Shown here: in pieces, positions 29,894-39,697 of the stretch | Layout of the letters: the number at the start of each line of letters is the position of its first letter | How positions within the stretch are numbered: the first letter of the stretch is position 1 | From: Acidiferrobacterales bacterium | Lineage (GTDB): Bacteria; Pseudomonadota; Gammaproteobacteria; Acidiferrobacterales; JAJDNE01 | Assembly: GCA_022340825.1 (NCBI GenBank) | Contig: JAJDNE010000009.1 | Location: forward strand, 10,849-74,848 | DNA: 64,000 nucleotides | Direction of reading: 5' to 3' | Program-made: the position numbers and the translations under genes | The notes under the pieces: model-generated | The model's input: only the letters and a program-made list of their open reading frames with translations | The model's database searches: none | Told to the model about the DNA's origin: nothing

Positions 29894-31723
29894 ATGTCCG
29901 AATCATTTTTCAGCACCGATATCGCGCGTCATATCTGGGAAACCAAATATCGTTTTCTCTCGGACACTGAAACATCAGACCAGTCTATCGATGACACCTG
30001 GCGGCGCATCGCCAGATCGCTGGCAGCCGTCGAGCCCGATGACCAGGCACAGTGGGAACAACAGTTTTACGACATCCTGCGCGAGTTCAGATTCCTGCCC
30101 GCCGGCAGAATCCAGGCCGGCGCCGGCACCGGGCGCGACGTCACGCTGTTTAATTGTTTTGTCATGGGTAACATCGAAGACTCCATGGACGGCATCTTCG
30201 ATGCGTTAAAGGAAGGCGCACTGACCATGCAACAAGGTGGCGGTGTTGGCTATGACTTTTCTACCCTGCGTCCCCATGGCGCGCCTGCCCGCCGAACCGG
30301 TTCGGTCGCCTCGGGACCGGTTTCCTTCATGAAAATCTGGGACAGTATGTGCGCCACCCTGCTCTCCACCGGCGCGCGCCGTGGCGCGATGATGGCAACA
30401 TTGCGTTGCGATCACCCCGATATTGAAGCCTTTATCGATGCCAAGCGCGACCAGCATTCACTACGAAATTTCAACCTGTCAGTTCAAATCAGCGACGCAT
30501 TTATGAAGGCCGTGCGCGACGACAGCACCTGGCAACTGGTGTTTCCGGCGGATGCAATTGCTGACACAGATAGCGAGTTGGTAATGCGGACCTGGCCAGG
30601 CCGGGACAATGAAATCGAATGCCGGGTACTGCACGAGCTGCCAGCGCGCGAGCTCTGGTTGAAGTTAATGCAAGCGACCTACGACTATGCCGAACCGGGT
30701 GTGTTGTTCGTCGATCACATTAACAAAACGAACAACCTGTACTACCGCGAACAGATTTCAGCCAGCAATCCTTGCGGGGAGGTGCCGCTACCACCCTACG
30801 GTGCCTGCAATCTCGGCTCGATCAATCTTACGCGTTTTGTTGGCAATCCTTTCACTGATAAAGCCGCAATCGATACCGAAGCGTTGATCTCCACGGTCGC
30901 TACCGCAGTGCGCCTGATGGACAACGTGATTAGCGCTTCGAAATTTCCGCTGGCGTCCCAGCGCGAACAGGCAGAAGGATCCCGTCGTATTGGCCTAGGG
31001 GTAACCGGTCTCGGTGATGCCTTGATCATGCTGGGCTTGCGTTATGACTCGGCGGAAGCGCGGCAGGCAGCTGCCAACATCATGCAAGCGATTACCCACA
31101 GTGCCTATCGCGCCTCAATTGCACTCACAGAAGAACGTGGACCGTTCCCGTTTTATGAGCGCGATGCTTACCTGCAAAGCGCATTCATCAAAACCCTGCC
31201 CGACGACATTCAGCAGGGTATCCGCGACCACGGCATCCGTAACAGCCATCTGCTTGCTATAGCGCCGACCGGTACAATAAGCCTGCTGGCCAACAACATT
31301 TCCAGCGGAATTGAGCCAGTCTACGACTTTGAATACACCCGGCGGGTACGTGAAAGCAATGGCAATGACGTTGAATACCGCCTGACCAGCTATGCCCTGC
31401 GGCAACGACAAGCGATTGGCGAGGGTGAAGAATTGACTGATGCATTTGTCCGGGCCTGGGATGTCGACCCGGTCGCCCACCTGGACATGCAGGCAGCTAT
31501 CCAGCCATATGTCGACAGCGCCATTTCCAAGACCATCAACGTTCCCGAAAATTTTCCGTTCGAGCAATTTAAGTCGTTGTATGAACAGGCGTTTGATCGC
31601 GGCCTGAAAGGCTGTACCACGTTTCGCCCCAACCCGGTTACCGGGTCCGTTCTGCAAACCGGCGTGACCCATATTCACCGGGCACGCCATCATTGCTGTG
31701 ACATCGATCGCGAAATTGATTGA
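29894..31723 (+). CDS. nrdJ: Class II (adenosylcobalamin-dependent) ribonucleotide reductase
   Basis: 609 aa, WETKYRF N-terminus, active-site SNPCGEVPLPPYGACNLGS, C-terminal Cys pair. Confidence 0.88.
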   Translation: MSESFFSTDIARHIWETKYRFLSDTETSDQSIDDTWRRIARSLAAVEPDDQAQWEQQFYDILREFRFLPAGRIQAGAGTGRDVTLFNCFVMGNIEDSMDGIFDALKEGALTMQQGGGVGYDFSTLRPHGAPARRTGSVASGPVSFMKIWDSMCATLLSTGARRGAMMATLRCDHPDIEAFIDAKRDQHSLRNFNLSVQISDAFMKAVRDDSTWQLVFPADAIADTDSELVMRTWPGRDNEIECRVLHELPARELWLKLMQATYDYAEPGVLFVDHINKTNNLYYREQISASNPCGEVPLPPYGACNLGSINLTRFVGNPFTDKAAIDTEALISTVATAVRLMDNVISASKFPLASQREQAEGSRRIGLGVTGLGDALIMLGLRYDSAEARQAAANIMQAITHSAYRASIALTEERGPFPFYERDAYLQSAFIKTLPDDIQQGIRDHGIRNSHLLAIAPTGTISLLANNISSGIEPVYDFEYTRRVRESNGNDVEYRLTSYALRQRQAIGEGEELTDAFVRAWDVDPVAHLDMQAAIQPYVDSAISKTINVPENFPFEQFKSLYEQAFDRGLKGCTTFRPNPVTGSVLQTGVTHIHRARHHCCDIDREID

Positions 31724-31803
31724 ATTCCACGTTTCGTATTCACGGTTTCTTTTTTCGGAAATGGTGGTACCCTTGATCCAAAGTCTGACGGCACGCAACG
31801 AGG

Positions 31804-32283
31804 ATGCACGTGGCAGCTAGAACGGCCAAGCTCGACAAAGTCATTCCTGATCTCAAGGTCACCACCACCGGTGACAAGTCATTCAAACTCTCTGAACTTC
31901 GCGGCCAAAAGGTCGTTCTTTATTTTTATCCAAAAGACAACACCCCCGGTTGTACAACGGAAGGGCAGGATTTTCGCAATGCCCATGGAAAATTCAAACG
32001 CAAAAATGCAGTCGTGCTGGGCATATCCCGCGACAGCATCAAGTCACACGACAATTTCAAGGCCAAACAGAAGTTTCCCTTCGACCTGATATCGGACCCC
32101 GATGAAAAACTGTGTAACGCGTTCGACGTCATCAAAGAGAAAAATATGTATGGTAAAAAAGTAATGGGTATCGAACGGAGTACATTTATAATCGATGAAA
32201 AAGGCATACTTAGAAAAGAGTTCCGCAAGGTCAAAGTCCCCGGACACGTCGAAGCCGTCCTCGAAGCACTCAAAGAGCTTTAG
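31804..32283 (+). CDS. bcp: Thiol peroxidase / peroxiredoxin Bcp
   Basis: 159 aa, VVLYFYPKDNTPGCTTE peroxidatic Cys motif. Confidence 0.9.
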   Translation: MHVAARTAKLDKVIPDLKVTTTGDKSFKLSELRGQKVVLYFYPKDNTPGCTTEGQDFRNAHGKFKRKNAVVLGISRDSIKSHDNFKAKQKFPFDLISDPDEKLCNAFDVIKEKNMYGKKVMGIERSTFIIDEKGILRKEFRKVKVPGHVEAVLEALKEL

Positions 32284-32302
32284 ACCGACGACACTGACCT
32301 TA

Positions 32303-33691
32303 ATGTCATCCGATACAAAGAAGATTTTCGTGCTCGACACCAATGTGTTGATGCATGATCCCACCGCCCTATTCCGCTTTGAAGAACACGACATCATCCT
32401 GCCGATGGTGGTCCTGGAAGAGCTTGATCGAGGCAAGAAAGGCCTGACCGAGGTGGCCCGCAATGTCCGCCAGGTAAGCCGCTACCTTGACGAAATGGTG
32501 GAAAAGGTTAACGGCGAGATCGACAAGGGCATCCCCCTGCCGACTACCGAGGGCAGGGAAGCTGGCCGCCTGTATTTTCACCTGGATCCGGTTCAGCACC
32601 CGATGCCGCATGGCCTGCATGCCGACACCGCGGACAACTCGTTACTCGGCATCACGCTGGATCTCAGCCGTCGCCATCCGGACAGTGACGTCGCGCTGGT
32701 CACCAAGGACATCAACCTGCGAATCAAGGCACGTGCCCTGGGTATACTTGCCGAGGACTACACCAGCGATCAGGCGCTGGAAGACAGCGATCTGCTGTAC
32801 ACCGGTGCCGATGAATTTGGCAGCGACTTCTGGGAGACACAGGGCCAGATTGAAGCGTGGACCAGCAACGAAGGTCGCGCGGGCTACCGCCTTACCGGCA
32901 TCAATCCGCAAGAATGGTACCCAAACCAGTTTATCCAGGTCTCCGGCGACAAACCGTTTGAGGCGACGGTTCGCGCCATTGAGGACGATGCTGTCGTACT
33001 GGAAACAGTGCGCGACTACAGCAGCGAAGCCGGTGCTGTCTGGGGCATTCAGGCACGCAATCGCGAACAAAACTTCGCGCTAAACCTGTTAATGGACCCG
33101 GAAATCGATTTCATTACCTTGCTGGGACAAGCAGGTACCGGCAAAACGCTGCTGACCCTCGCCGCCGCGCTGACCCAGACACTGGACGATCAACGCTATA
33201 GCGAGATTATTTTTACCCGCATTACCGTGCCGGTAGGCGAGGACATCGGCTTCCTGCCCGGCACCGAAGAAGAGAAGATGAATCCCTGGATGGGTGCACT
33301 GAATGACAACCTGGAAGTGTTACACGAAACAGCAGAGGAACACGGTGAGTGGGGAAAGGCTGCCACCAAGGATTTTCTCTACAGCAAGATCCGGGTGAAG
33401 TCGCTCAATTTCATGCGCGGTCGTACGTTCCTGCGCAAATTCCTCATTATCGATGAAGCGCAGAATCTGAGTCCACATCAACTGAAAACCCTGATTACAC
33501 GTGCTGGCCCGGGCAGCAAGGTAATTTGTCTCGGTAACCTGACGCAGATTGATACCCCCTACCTTACTGAAACCACGTCCGGACTAACCTATGTTGTGGA
33601 TCGCTTCAAGCACTGGCAACATAGTGGGCACATCACACTACAACGAGGAGAACGTTCGCGGCTGGCCGACTTCGCCAGCGGAATACTCTAA
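32303..33691 (+). CDS. PIN-domain + PhoH-like ATPase (YlaK family)
   Basis: MSSDTKKIFVLDTNVLMHDP (PIN), GQAGTGKT Walker A, LIIDEAQN Walker B. ATG at 32303 preferred over 32195, which overlaps bcp. Confidence 0.85.
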   Translation: MSSDTKKIFVLDTNVLMHDPTALFRFEEHDIILPMVVLEELDRGKKGLTEVARNVRQVSRYLDEMVEKVNGEIDKGIPLPTTEGREAGRLYFHLDPVQHPMPHGLHADTADNSLLGITLDLSRRHPDSDVALVTKDINLRIKARALGILAEDYTSDQALEDSDLLYTGADEFGSDFWETQGQIEAWTSNEGRAGYRLTGINPQEWYPNQFIQVSGDKPFEATVRAIEDDAVVLETVRDYSSEAGAVWGIQARNREQNFALNLLMDPEIDFITLLGQAGTGKTLLTLAAALTQTLDDQRYSEIIFTRITVPVGEDIGFLPGTEEEKMNPWMGALNDNLEVLHETAEEHGEWGKAATKDFLYSKIRVKSLNFMRGRTFLRKFLIIDEAQNLSPHQLKTLITRAGPGSKVICLGNLTQIDTPYLTETTSGLTYVVDRFKHWQHSGHITLQRGERSRLADFASGIL

Positions 33692-33693
33692 CC

Positions 33694-34413
33694 ATGCGTC
33701 GTGTCATGATACTCAATGCCAAGGGCGGTGCCGGCAAGACCATGCTGGCCACCAACCTTGCCAGCTATCTCACCAGCAATCACAAATCCGTGGCGATCGC
33801 CGACATGGACCCACAGGGCTCCAGTCTGGCGTGGCTGGCGGCACGACCTGAAGACCGTCGACCTATCCAGGGGATTGACGGCATCGACGGGCCGGTGCGA
33901 GCGCCCAAGCATACCGATTTTCTGATCATCGACACGCCTGCTTCGGTGTATGGCAAAGACCTGACAGCACTCGTTCGACGGGCTGAAACCATTCTGATAC
34001 CGGTACAACCGTCGGCGACGGACATGCGCGCCGCTGCCAAGTTCATCGATGAGTTACTGGATGTCGGCAAAATCTCGCGCAAGGAAGTCAAGCTGGCGCT
34101 AGTTGCCAATCGAATGCGGGAAGCCGGCCGGACTGCAGGATTTATGGAACGGCTATTGCAATCCGTTCATATCCCGTTTGCGACTCAAAGCACAGAAATC
34201 AACGAAACACTGGAGAACTTCCTGAAGGGAATGAAAATTCCACTGGTGGCGGAAATACATGATAGCGAGAGCTACCTGCTTGCAGACAGCCAGGGCTTGG
34301 GTATTTTTGAGCTGGACAGCTCCGATGCAGAGCGCGATGTCGAAACCTGGAAGCCGTTAATCCAATGGCTGGAAAGTCGACGCAGCATCCCGCGCATCCG
34401 CAAAAAATCCTGA
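33694..34413 (+). CDS. Orphan ParA/MinD-family P-loop ATPase
   Basis: VMILNAKGGAGKTMLATNLA deviant Walker A. No parB-like partner is visible. Starts 3 nt after the PhoH-like stop. Confidence 0.8.
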   Translation: MRRVMILNAKGGAGKTMLATNLASYLTSNHKSVAIADMDPQGSSLAWLAARPEDRRPIQGIDGIDGPVRAPKHTDFLIIDTPASVYGKDLTALVRRAETILIPVQPSATDMRAAAKFIDELLDVGKISRKEVKLALVANRMREAGRTAGFMERLLQSVHIPFATQSTEINETLENFLKGMKIPLVAEIHDSESYLLADSQGLGIFELDSSDAERDVETWKPLIQWLESRRSIPRIRKKS

Positions 34414-34570
34414 TGCTCGGCATCAAAAAACTCCCTGTCGCCGTCTATTCGGATGGCCCTTGAAACAGATCTGGCATCTTTTAAACAACAACCAGCCGGT
34501 GCGGCGCATGGCAGGCATGGTCCGGATTGCGACCGAACAAACGCCCAATTATGCAAGTTAACCTCGTTTT

Positions 34571-34975
34571 CTACTTGTATCCTTGTGGTTCTATTATTGC
34601 CGGTATGACTTTACCATTCATCAGAACCACATAAATACTCATTTTGGTTTTCATTGCATCGTTGGTAGTTTTTATAAGATAGTGCCATCGTGTTTCATGA
34701 TTTGGCACTTGTCTAATTTCAATTTCTTTTATCTTGCCATCTGTTTTTGAGGGTTTACTAAATTCCTTGACGGCTTTTATGGCATCTCCAACAGACAATG
34801 GAGGAGAATCCAGATCGGGATTCCATTCAGGATCATTGTTAATGTCTTTTACACTAATAAACGCAACCATTCTTAAATTATCAAATTGCTCAATTATTTC
34901 TATTTTAGGCTGAAATGCATAAGCATTCGTAGATAAGACAAGAATAGCTACGAAGAGAAACCGGTAATATTTCAT
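34571..34975 (-). CDS. Secreted hypothetical protein (AT-rich islet)
   Basis: MKYYRFLFVAILVLSTNAYA signal peptide. ATG at 34975 preferred over 35002. Codon usage is visibly AT-rich compared with its neighbours. Confidence 0.55.
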   Translation of the reverse strand: MKYYRFLFVAILVLSTNAYAFQPKIEIIEQFDNLRMVAFISVKDINNDPEWNPDLDSPPLSVGDAIKAVKEFSKPSKTDGKIKEIEIRQVPNHETRWHYLIKTTNDAMKTKMSIYVVLMNGKVIPAIIEPQGYK

Positions 34976-35120
34976 CTGATAAATTTCCTGATCGTTGTGC
35001 AAGTAATGTTCGCTTTATTGGGCGGCATGACACCAGAAATCATGTGACTGGCTATACCAAGCAGAGCGAAGCGGCATGGTGTATTGATGGGACAACTGAA
35101 TCACGTTGGAAGGAATTTTG

Positions 35121-35495
35121 CTAAATTATCTGATGCACCAAGTAAACAATCAAAAAAACAGCTATAAAAATCATTAGAGCAGACAATGACAAATTTGTCT
35201 TCTTGACACTGTAAGGAATAAATTCTTCCGACTCGATGGATTTTTTATACATAAAGAATCTGATTGTCGCTGTAACAATGATAAGAACTCCAACCAGGAA
35301 CAAACTCAGGCCCGCCAGTTCTGCAGACAGTGATGGCTTGAAATGCTTCTCATCACCGACAGCTTTGCCAATATAAGAGATAAATATATCAAATTTTTCT
35401 ATCAGGAATCCAAACGCCATGATAGCGACGGAAGTACGAATCCAGGCAAGATAGGTGCGCTCGTTGGCCGAATGATCTGTATATCTTTTTATCAT
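35121..35495 (-). CDS. YidH/DUF202 family inner-membrane protein
   Basis: SANERTYLAWIRTSVAIMAFGF motif and 3 TM helices. ATG at 35495 preferred over the TTG at 35537. Confidence 0.7.
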   Translation of the reverse strand: MIKRYTDHSANERTYLAWIRTSVAIMAFGFLIEKFDIFISYIGKAVGDEKHFKPSLSAELAGLSLFLVGVLIIVTATIRFFMYKKSIESEEFIPYSVKKTNLSLSALMIFIAVFLIVYLVHQII

Positions 35496-35611
35496 ATCTT
35501 TAAATTTTAACCCCCAATACTGGTACCCCCCCTTCAAAATGACGCATCACAACATCTCTTAGGTGGGAACGAATTATTATCCAAAATTTTCAATTATTTT
35601 CTGGCTAGCAT

Positions 35612-35953
35612 CTATACCTTTTTGACGAACTCCGACTTTAATTGAATTGCCCCGATACCATCTATTTTGCAATCAATGTTGTGATCACCCTCAACCAACC
35701 GAATATTTTTTACTTTTGTACCTACTTTGACAACGCTAGAGCTTCCTTTAATCTTGAGATCTTTTATTACCGCGACACTGTCCCCGTCATGCAATACATT
35801 GCCATTGGAATCCTTGACAGTCGTTGCATCGTCAACAGTCAACGCTTCACCTTCTTTTAACCACTCGTTGGCACACTCCGGGCATACATACATGTTACCG
35901 TCTTCATAGACATACTCTGAGTTGCATTGGGGACAGTTTGGAATTTCGCTCAT
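35612..35953 (-). CDS. phnA: PhnA-family zinc-ribbon protein
   Basis: 113 aa, [21 protein letters not shown] zinc ribbon plus a C-terminal PhnA domain ([24 protein letters not shown]). Confidence 0.85.
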   Translation of the reverse strand: MSEIPNCPQCNSEYVYEDGNMYVCPECANEWLKEGEALTVDDATTVKDSNGNVLHDGDSVAVIKDLKIKGSSSVVKVGTKVKNIRLVEGDHNIDCKIDGIGAIQLKSEFVKKV

Positions 35954-36040
35954 TTCTTCGCTTTTAAGCTATAAACGGTTTCTGGAATTTTCAACTAGCG
36001 AGAGTCATGGATTTCTGCCTTGGATCGAAAGCGGACGCAA

Positions 36041-36394
36041 TCAGGATTCCTGCTGTTCCAGTACCGTTTTATAGTGGGCTTGAAAGAGCAATTCGAGATC
36101 ATCAATAACCTTTTCGGCATCCTGTCCCTGCAGGAGATGTTTGTTCATCAGCTCTGACGTTTCCGCCAGCAAGTGGCTCGGATCCAGCATCGGGTAGGTC
36201 GACCGCAGTCTTTTAATGGCGGCGATGACCGTCTCATCTTCCGGTCGGGGAATGTCCTGCAGTGTCTGCGATTCGGGGTGAGCGCCATGCTGTTCATTCA
36301 AAAACTGGGCATAATCAAGCAAACTGCGCGCCTGGGCATCCGGTAACCGGCGAAACCACTCCAGCAATTTTTCTTCGTCTCTTTTCCGGGACAT
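36041..36394 (-). CDS. Hypothetical helical acidic protein, translationally coupled to the upstream LysR gene
   Basis: 117-aa ORF. Its start lies 3 nt after the LysR stop. No recognised motif. Confidence 0.5.
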   Translation of the reverse strand: MSRKRDEEKLLEWFRRLPDAQARSLLDYAQFLNEQHGAHPESQTLQDIPRPEDETVIAAIKRLRSTYPMLDPSHLLAETSELMNKHLLQGQDAEKVIDDLELLFQAHYKTVLEQQES

Positions 36395-36397
36395 AAC

Positions 36398-37318
36398 TCA
36401 GGCTTCAGACTTGCCCTTGGTTGCCTTTTTCTCGCAGTGGTCGTAGGCAAACTCCATAAACTCGTCCATGGCGCGGATACGGAACTTCTGGCGCTGGAAG
36501 ACAATGGAGAACGGGCGCTCCAGCGGCGGGTCGAGCGGCAATGCCACCAGCGTACCCAGCTTCACCTCTTTCTCAACCGTTGCCTGTGATACGACCGAAA
36601 TTCCCAGCCCGGCCTCGACCATACTCTTGACGGCCTCGGGGCTGCCGACCTCCATGTTTATGTCAATGTCCTGCATCTGGATATTGCTTGCAGCCAGATG
36701 CGCACAAATAAATTCGCGTGTACCCGAACCCTCTTCACGGCAGACAAATGGCATGTCCGTTAACGAGGTAACCGGGATCGACTTCTCCCTGGCCATCGGA
36801 TGATCCGGAGGACAGATAAATACCAGCTTGTCGTGCCAGCACACCTTCACTTCCAGGTTCTTGTTACTTATCGGCGATTCGACGATACCAACATCGACAG
36901 AATTGTTTTCCACCATGTGCACCACGCCGACCGAATTGGATACGCTCAGCCGCATGTTCACGTTCGGATGCTTCTCCTTGAACTCGCCCAACAGGCTGGG
37001 CAGGACGTATTCAGCAATGGTCGTGCTGGCTCCAATCAGTAGCACCCCGCTGACATCACCGGTTAATTCGCGCACCTTGTTGTCCATCTCGCCATAGAGC
37101 GACAGGATCTGGTCCGCGTACTCATACACCTTGTCACCGGCGGCGGTAAGGCTGATACGATTGTGGGTACGATCGAACAGGCGGGTATTAAAGTGTTCTT
37201 CCAGTTGACGAATCTGGAACGTGACGGCGGGCTGCGTCATGTGCAGTGTTTCTGCAGCCTTGGTAAAGCTTAACAGTCTGGCGACGGTATGAAATACCTG
37301 GAGTCGACGATCCGCCAT
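36398..37318 (-). CDS. LysR-family transcriptional regulator
   Basis: 306 aa, N-terminal wHTH RLQVFHTVARLLSFTKAAETLHMTQPAVTFQIRQLEEHF plus a LysR substrate-binding domain. Confidence 0.88.
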   Translation of the reverse strand: MADRRLQVFHTVARLLSFTKAAETLHMTQPAVTFQIRQLEEHFNTRLFDRTHNRISLTAAGDKVYEYADQILSLYGEMDNKVRELTGDVSGVLLIGASTTIAEYVLPSLLGEFKEKHPNVNMRLSVSNSVGVVHMVENNSVDVGIVESPISNKNLEVKVCWHDKLVFICPPDHPMAREKSIPVTSLTDMPFVCREEGSGTREFICAHLAASNIQMQDIDINMEVGSPEAVKSMVEAGLGISVVSQATVEKEVKLGTLVALPLDPPLERPFSIVFQRQKFRIRAMDEFMEFAYDHCEKKATKGKSEA

Positions 37319-37452
37319 GTGTTTTCCTCAAGTCGAACGCTTTGTACCGCAAGGAGGACTCGGACAGAGCCAACCATGCCGCCAATAAACAGCCATTATA
37401 CCCTATTAAAGGTTTCTATTACCTAATAGTCGTACAAATGACGGGTATTGGA

Positions 37453-38574
37453 TCAGTAGCCTTCGAGCTTGAGTTTCAGGTCGGTGGGGCTGGAGGCGTA
37501 TTGCAACGCAGTTTCCGCGTCGATTTCCCCTGCTTTCACCATGCCATGGAGACAGCTGTCAAAACTGAGCATGCCTTCCGCCACGGTGCCCTTCTTGATC
37601 AGCTCGCCCAGTTCCTTCACCTTCATCGGGTCCAGAATCAGTTCCCGCGATAGCGCGGACGCGGTGAGCACCTCGCAGGCAATGGTGCGCCCCTTACCGC
37701 TACGATGGGGAAGTAAGCGCTGACTAACGATACCGATAATGTTCTGCGCAAGCTTGGCCCTAATACTGGTCTGGCTTTCGGCAGGAAACGCGGTAACGAT
37801 TCGGGTGATGGTCTCGGCGGCGGCAGGGGAATGCACCGTGGAAAATACCAGGTGCCCGGTCTCGGAGGCAGCCAGCGCCGCCTCGATGGTTTCCGGATCA
37901 CGCATTTCGCCCAGCAGAATCACATCCGGATCTTCTCGCAACGCAGCCTTCATCGCGTCAGCAAATGTGTTCGTATCTACCCCGACTTCACGTTGCGTGA
38001 TGATGGACTTCTGCTCCGTGAAGAGAAACTCGATCGGGTCCTCGATAGTAATAATGTGCTTGCCTTTGACGCGGTTTACCTCATTCACCAACGAGGCGAG
38101 CGTGGTCGACTTACCGGAACCGGTGGCGCCGGTAATCAGCACCAGCCCGCGCTCATGTTCGGTTAGTTTGTTGACGATATCTGGCAGTTTAAGTTCTTGC
38201 GGCGTCGGTACCTTGGTATTGATAACACGCAGCACCATGGCGATACTGCCGCGCTGGTAATAGATATTGGCACGGACGCGACCGATGTCTTTGAACCCGA
38301 TTGACAAATCAACCTGGTGATCCCGTTTAAATTGCTCCTGATGCCGCGCCGACATCATGGTGCCGGATAGTGTTTCCATGAAATCCGGAGTGAGTGGCGG
38401 GACTTCGCGTACCGAGCGCAACAAACCGTCTATTCGAAGTATTGGATGATTGCGGCTGCGCAAATGAATATCGGATGCACTCAGGCGAACGCCCAATGCC
38501 AGTATCTGGCCCAGCAACTGCAGTGGATCGGTACCGTCCGCTAAAGCGGCGGGTGCAGGACTTGTGTCTGCCAT
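37453..38574 (-). CDS. PilT/PilU-family type IV pilus retraction-type ATPase
   Basis: 373 aa, ASDIHL, GATGSGKST Walker A, ILLGEMRD, His box TGHLVFSTVH. Confidence 0.85.
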   Translation of the reverse strand: MADTSPAPAALADGTDPLQLLGQILALGVRLSASDIHLRSRNHPILRIDGLLRSVREVPPLTPDFMETLSGTMMSARHQEQFKRDHQVDLSIGFKDIGRVRANIYYQRGSIAMVLRVINTKVPTPQELKLPDIVNKLTEHERGLVLITGATGSGKSTTLASLVNEVNRVKGKHIITIEDPIEFLFTEQKSIITQREVGVDTNTFADAMKAALREDPDVILLGEMRDPETIEAALAASETGHLVFSTVHSPAAAETITRIVTAFPAESQTSIRAKLAQNIIGIVSQRLLPHRSGKGRTIACEVLTASALSRELILDPMKVKELGELIKKGTVAEGMLSFDSCLHGMVKAGEIDAETALQYASSPTDLKLKLEGY

Positions 38575-38688
38575 AGGGCTCTCTCGATATTCCGTATTGT
38601 TATATTAGGGTGTGCGGTTAATCTGAAATTAGTGGGGCTGGCTGTGGTTGTCAAATAAGTTTCCGGTCAGGAAGGGGCACAAACTGCA

Positions 38689-38714
38689 TAATAAAAGGGG
38701 TGCCGAAGCACCCC
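38689..38714 (-). terminator. Rho-independent terminator after dsrE2
   Basis: Stem ggggtgc (38697-38703) / gcacccc (38708-38714), loop cgaa, followed on the minus strand by TTTTAT. Confidence 0.65.
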
Positions 38715-38759
38715 TCTTATCAAACTAACCCGGATTCCCGCAGGAATCCGTCGGGACAA

Positions 38760-39239
38760 TTAAACAAACAGGTTGATATCTGCATCACCGGCAAAAGCCA
38801 AGGCAGATGACGCGCCTGCGTATTCGACCCCATCAATCAAATCAGTTGGTTTGAAATCAAAGAGATCGACGGTCATCTGGCAAGCAATCATTTTTACATC
38901 AGCTTCCAGACAGAGGCCGCGCAATTCTTCTACGCTTGCCACGCCTTTCTTTTTCATCTTCGATTTCATCATCATGGTCATCATGCCTTGCATGCCAGGA
39001 ATTGCAGTACCCAACACAGGGAACCACTTATCCATTGCCATCGGCATTGGCATACCTGGATTACCCAGAGGTGTAACACCCAGGCTCAGATTCTTTTTCA
39101 GAAGCTGTAGACCGTAGAAGGTAAAGAAGATATTTACCTCCATACCCAACGCTGCCGCAGTAGAGCTGAGGATGAAAGGCGGATAAGCCCAATCCAGAGA
39201 ACCCTTGGTAGCAATAATCATCATTTTCTTGTCTGCCAT
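38760..39239 (-). CDS. dsrE2: DsrE2-like DsrE/DsrF-family sulfur-relay protein
   Basis: MADKKMMIIATKGSLDWAYPPFILSSTAAALG..., Met/Pro-rich hydrophobic insert, directly downstream of tusA as in the tusA-dsrE2 pairs of sulfur oxidisers. ATG at 39239 preferred. Confidence 0.7.
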   Translation of the reverse strand: MADKKMMIIATKGSLDWAYPPFILSSTAAALGMEVNIFFTFYGLQLLKKNLSLGVTPLGNPGMPMPMAMDKWFPVLGTAIPGMQGMMTMMMKSKMKKKGVASVEELRGLCLEADVKMIACQMTVDLFDFKPTDLIDGVEYAGASSALAFAGDADINLFV

Positions 39240-39325
39240 AACCCCCTCCATAAAGAAGTTATCAAGTGAATTGAACTACGCGCTTATCCGTGCCCGTTAT
39301 TATTATTTCCTCTTCAGTGCCTGTT

Positions 39326-39553
39326 TTATGCCTTCTTCTTGATGAGGAAGGTGAATTCGCCATTGGTCTCGCCGGATTCCAGTAATTCGTTGCCGGTCTG
39401 CTTGGCGAAGGCCTGGAAGTCCTTTACTGAGCCCGGATCGGTAGCAATGATTGACAGGGTTTGACCGCCTTCCAGATCGTTCAGCGCTTTTTTGGCGCGC
39501 AGGATTGGCAGTGGGCAGTTCAAACCACGTGCGTCGAGTTCTTGATCAGCCAT
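39326..39553 (-). CDS. tusA: Sulfur carrier protein TusA
   Basis: 75 aa, LDARGLNCPLPILRAKKAL (conserved Cys-Pro motif). Confidence 0.88.
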   Translation of the reverse strand: MADQELDARGLNCPLPILRAKKALNDLEGGQTLSIIATDPGSVKDFQAFAKQTGNELLESGETNGEFTFLIKKKA

Positions 39554-39697
39554 TTTTCCTCCTGAAGAAATATTTTGACTAATTTGCGTGTTAAACAGAA
39601 TGTGCCGGTGAGTTCGTAAAACCTGTTTCGAACTCCAGGTGAATTCTTGTCTCTAACTTGAGGAGCGAGAGTTTATCGCTACCACCTGATAAAGGCC

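Noticed and set aside
33694-34413. Orphan ParA as a McdA carboxysome-positioning ATPase
   Set aside because: No carboxysome (cso/ccm) genes and no McdB-like small partner are adjacent. The idea is kept only as a comparison clade in the ParA finding.
34453-34563. 36-codon ORF (MALETDLASFKQQPAGAAHG...) downstream of the ParA-like gene as a possible small partner protein
   Set aside because: No SD, no recognisable features, and the length is compatible with chance.
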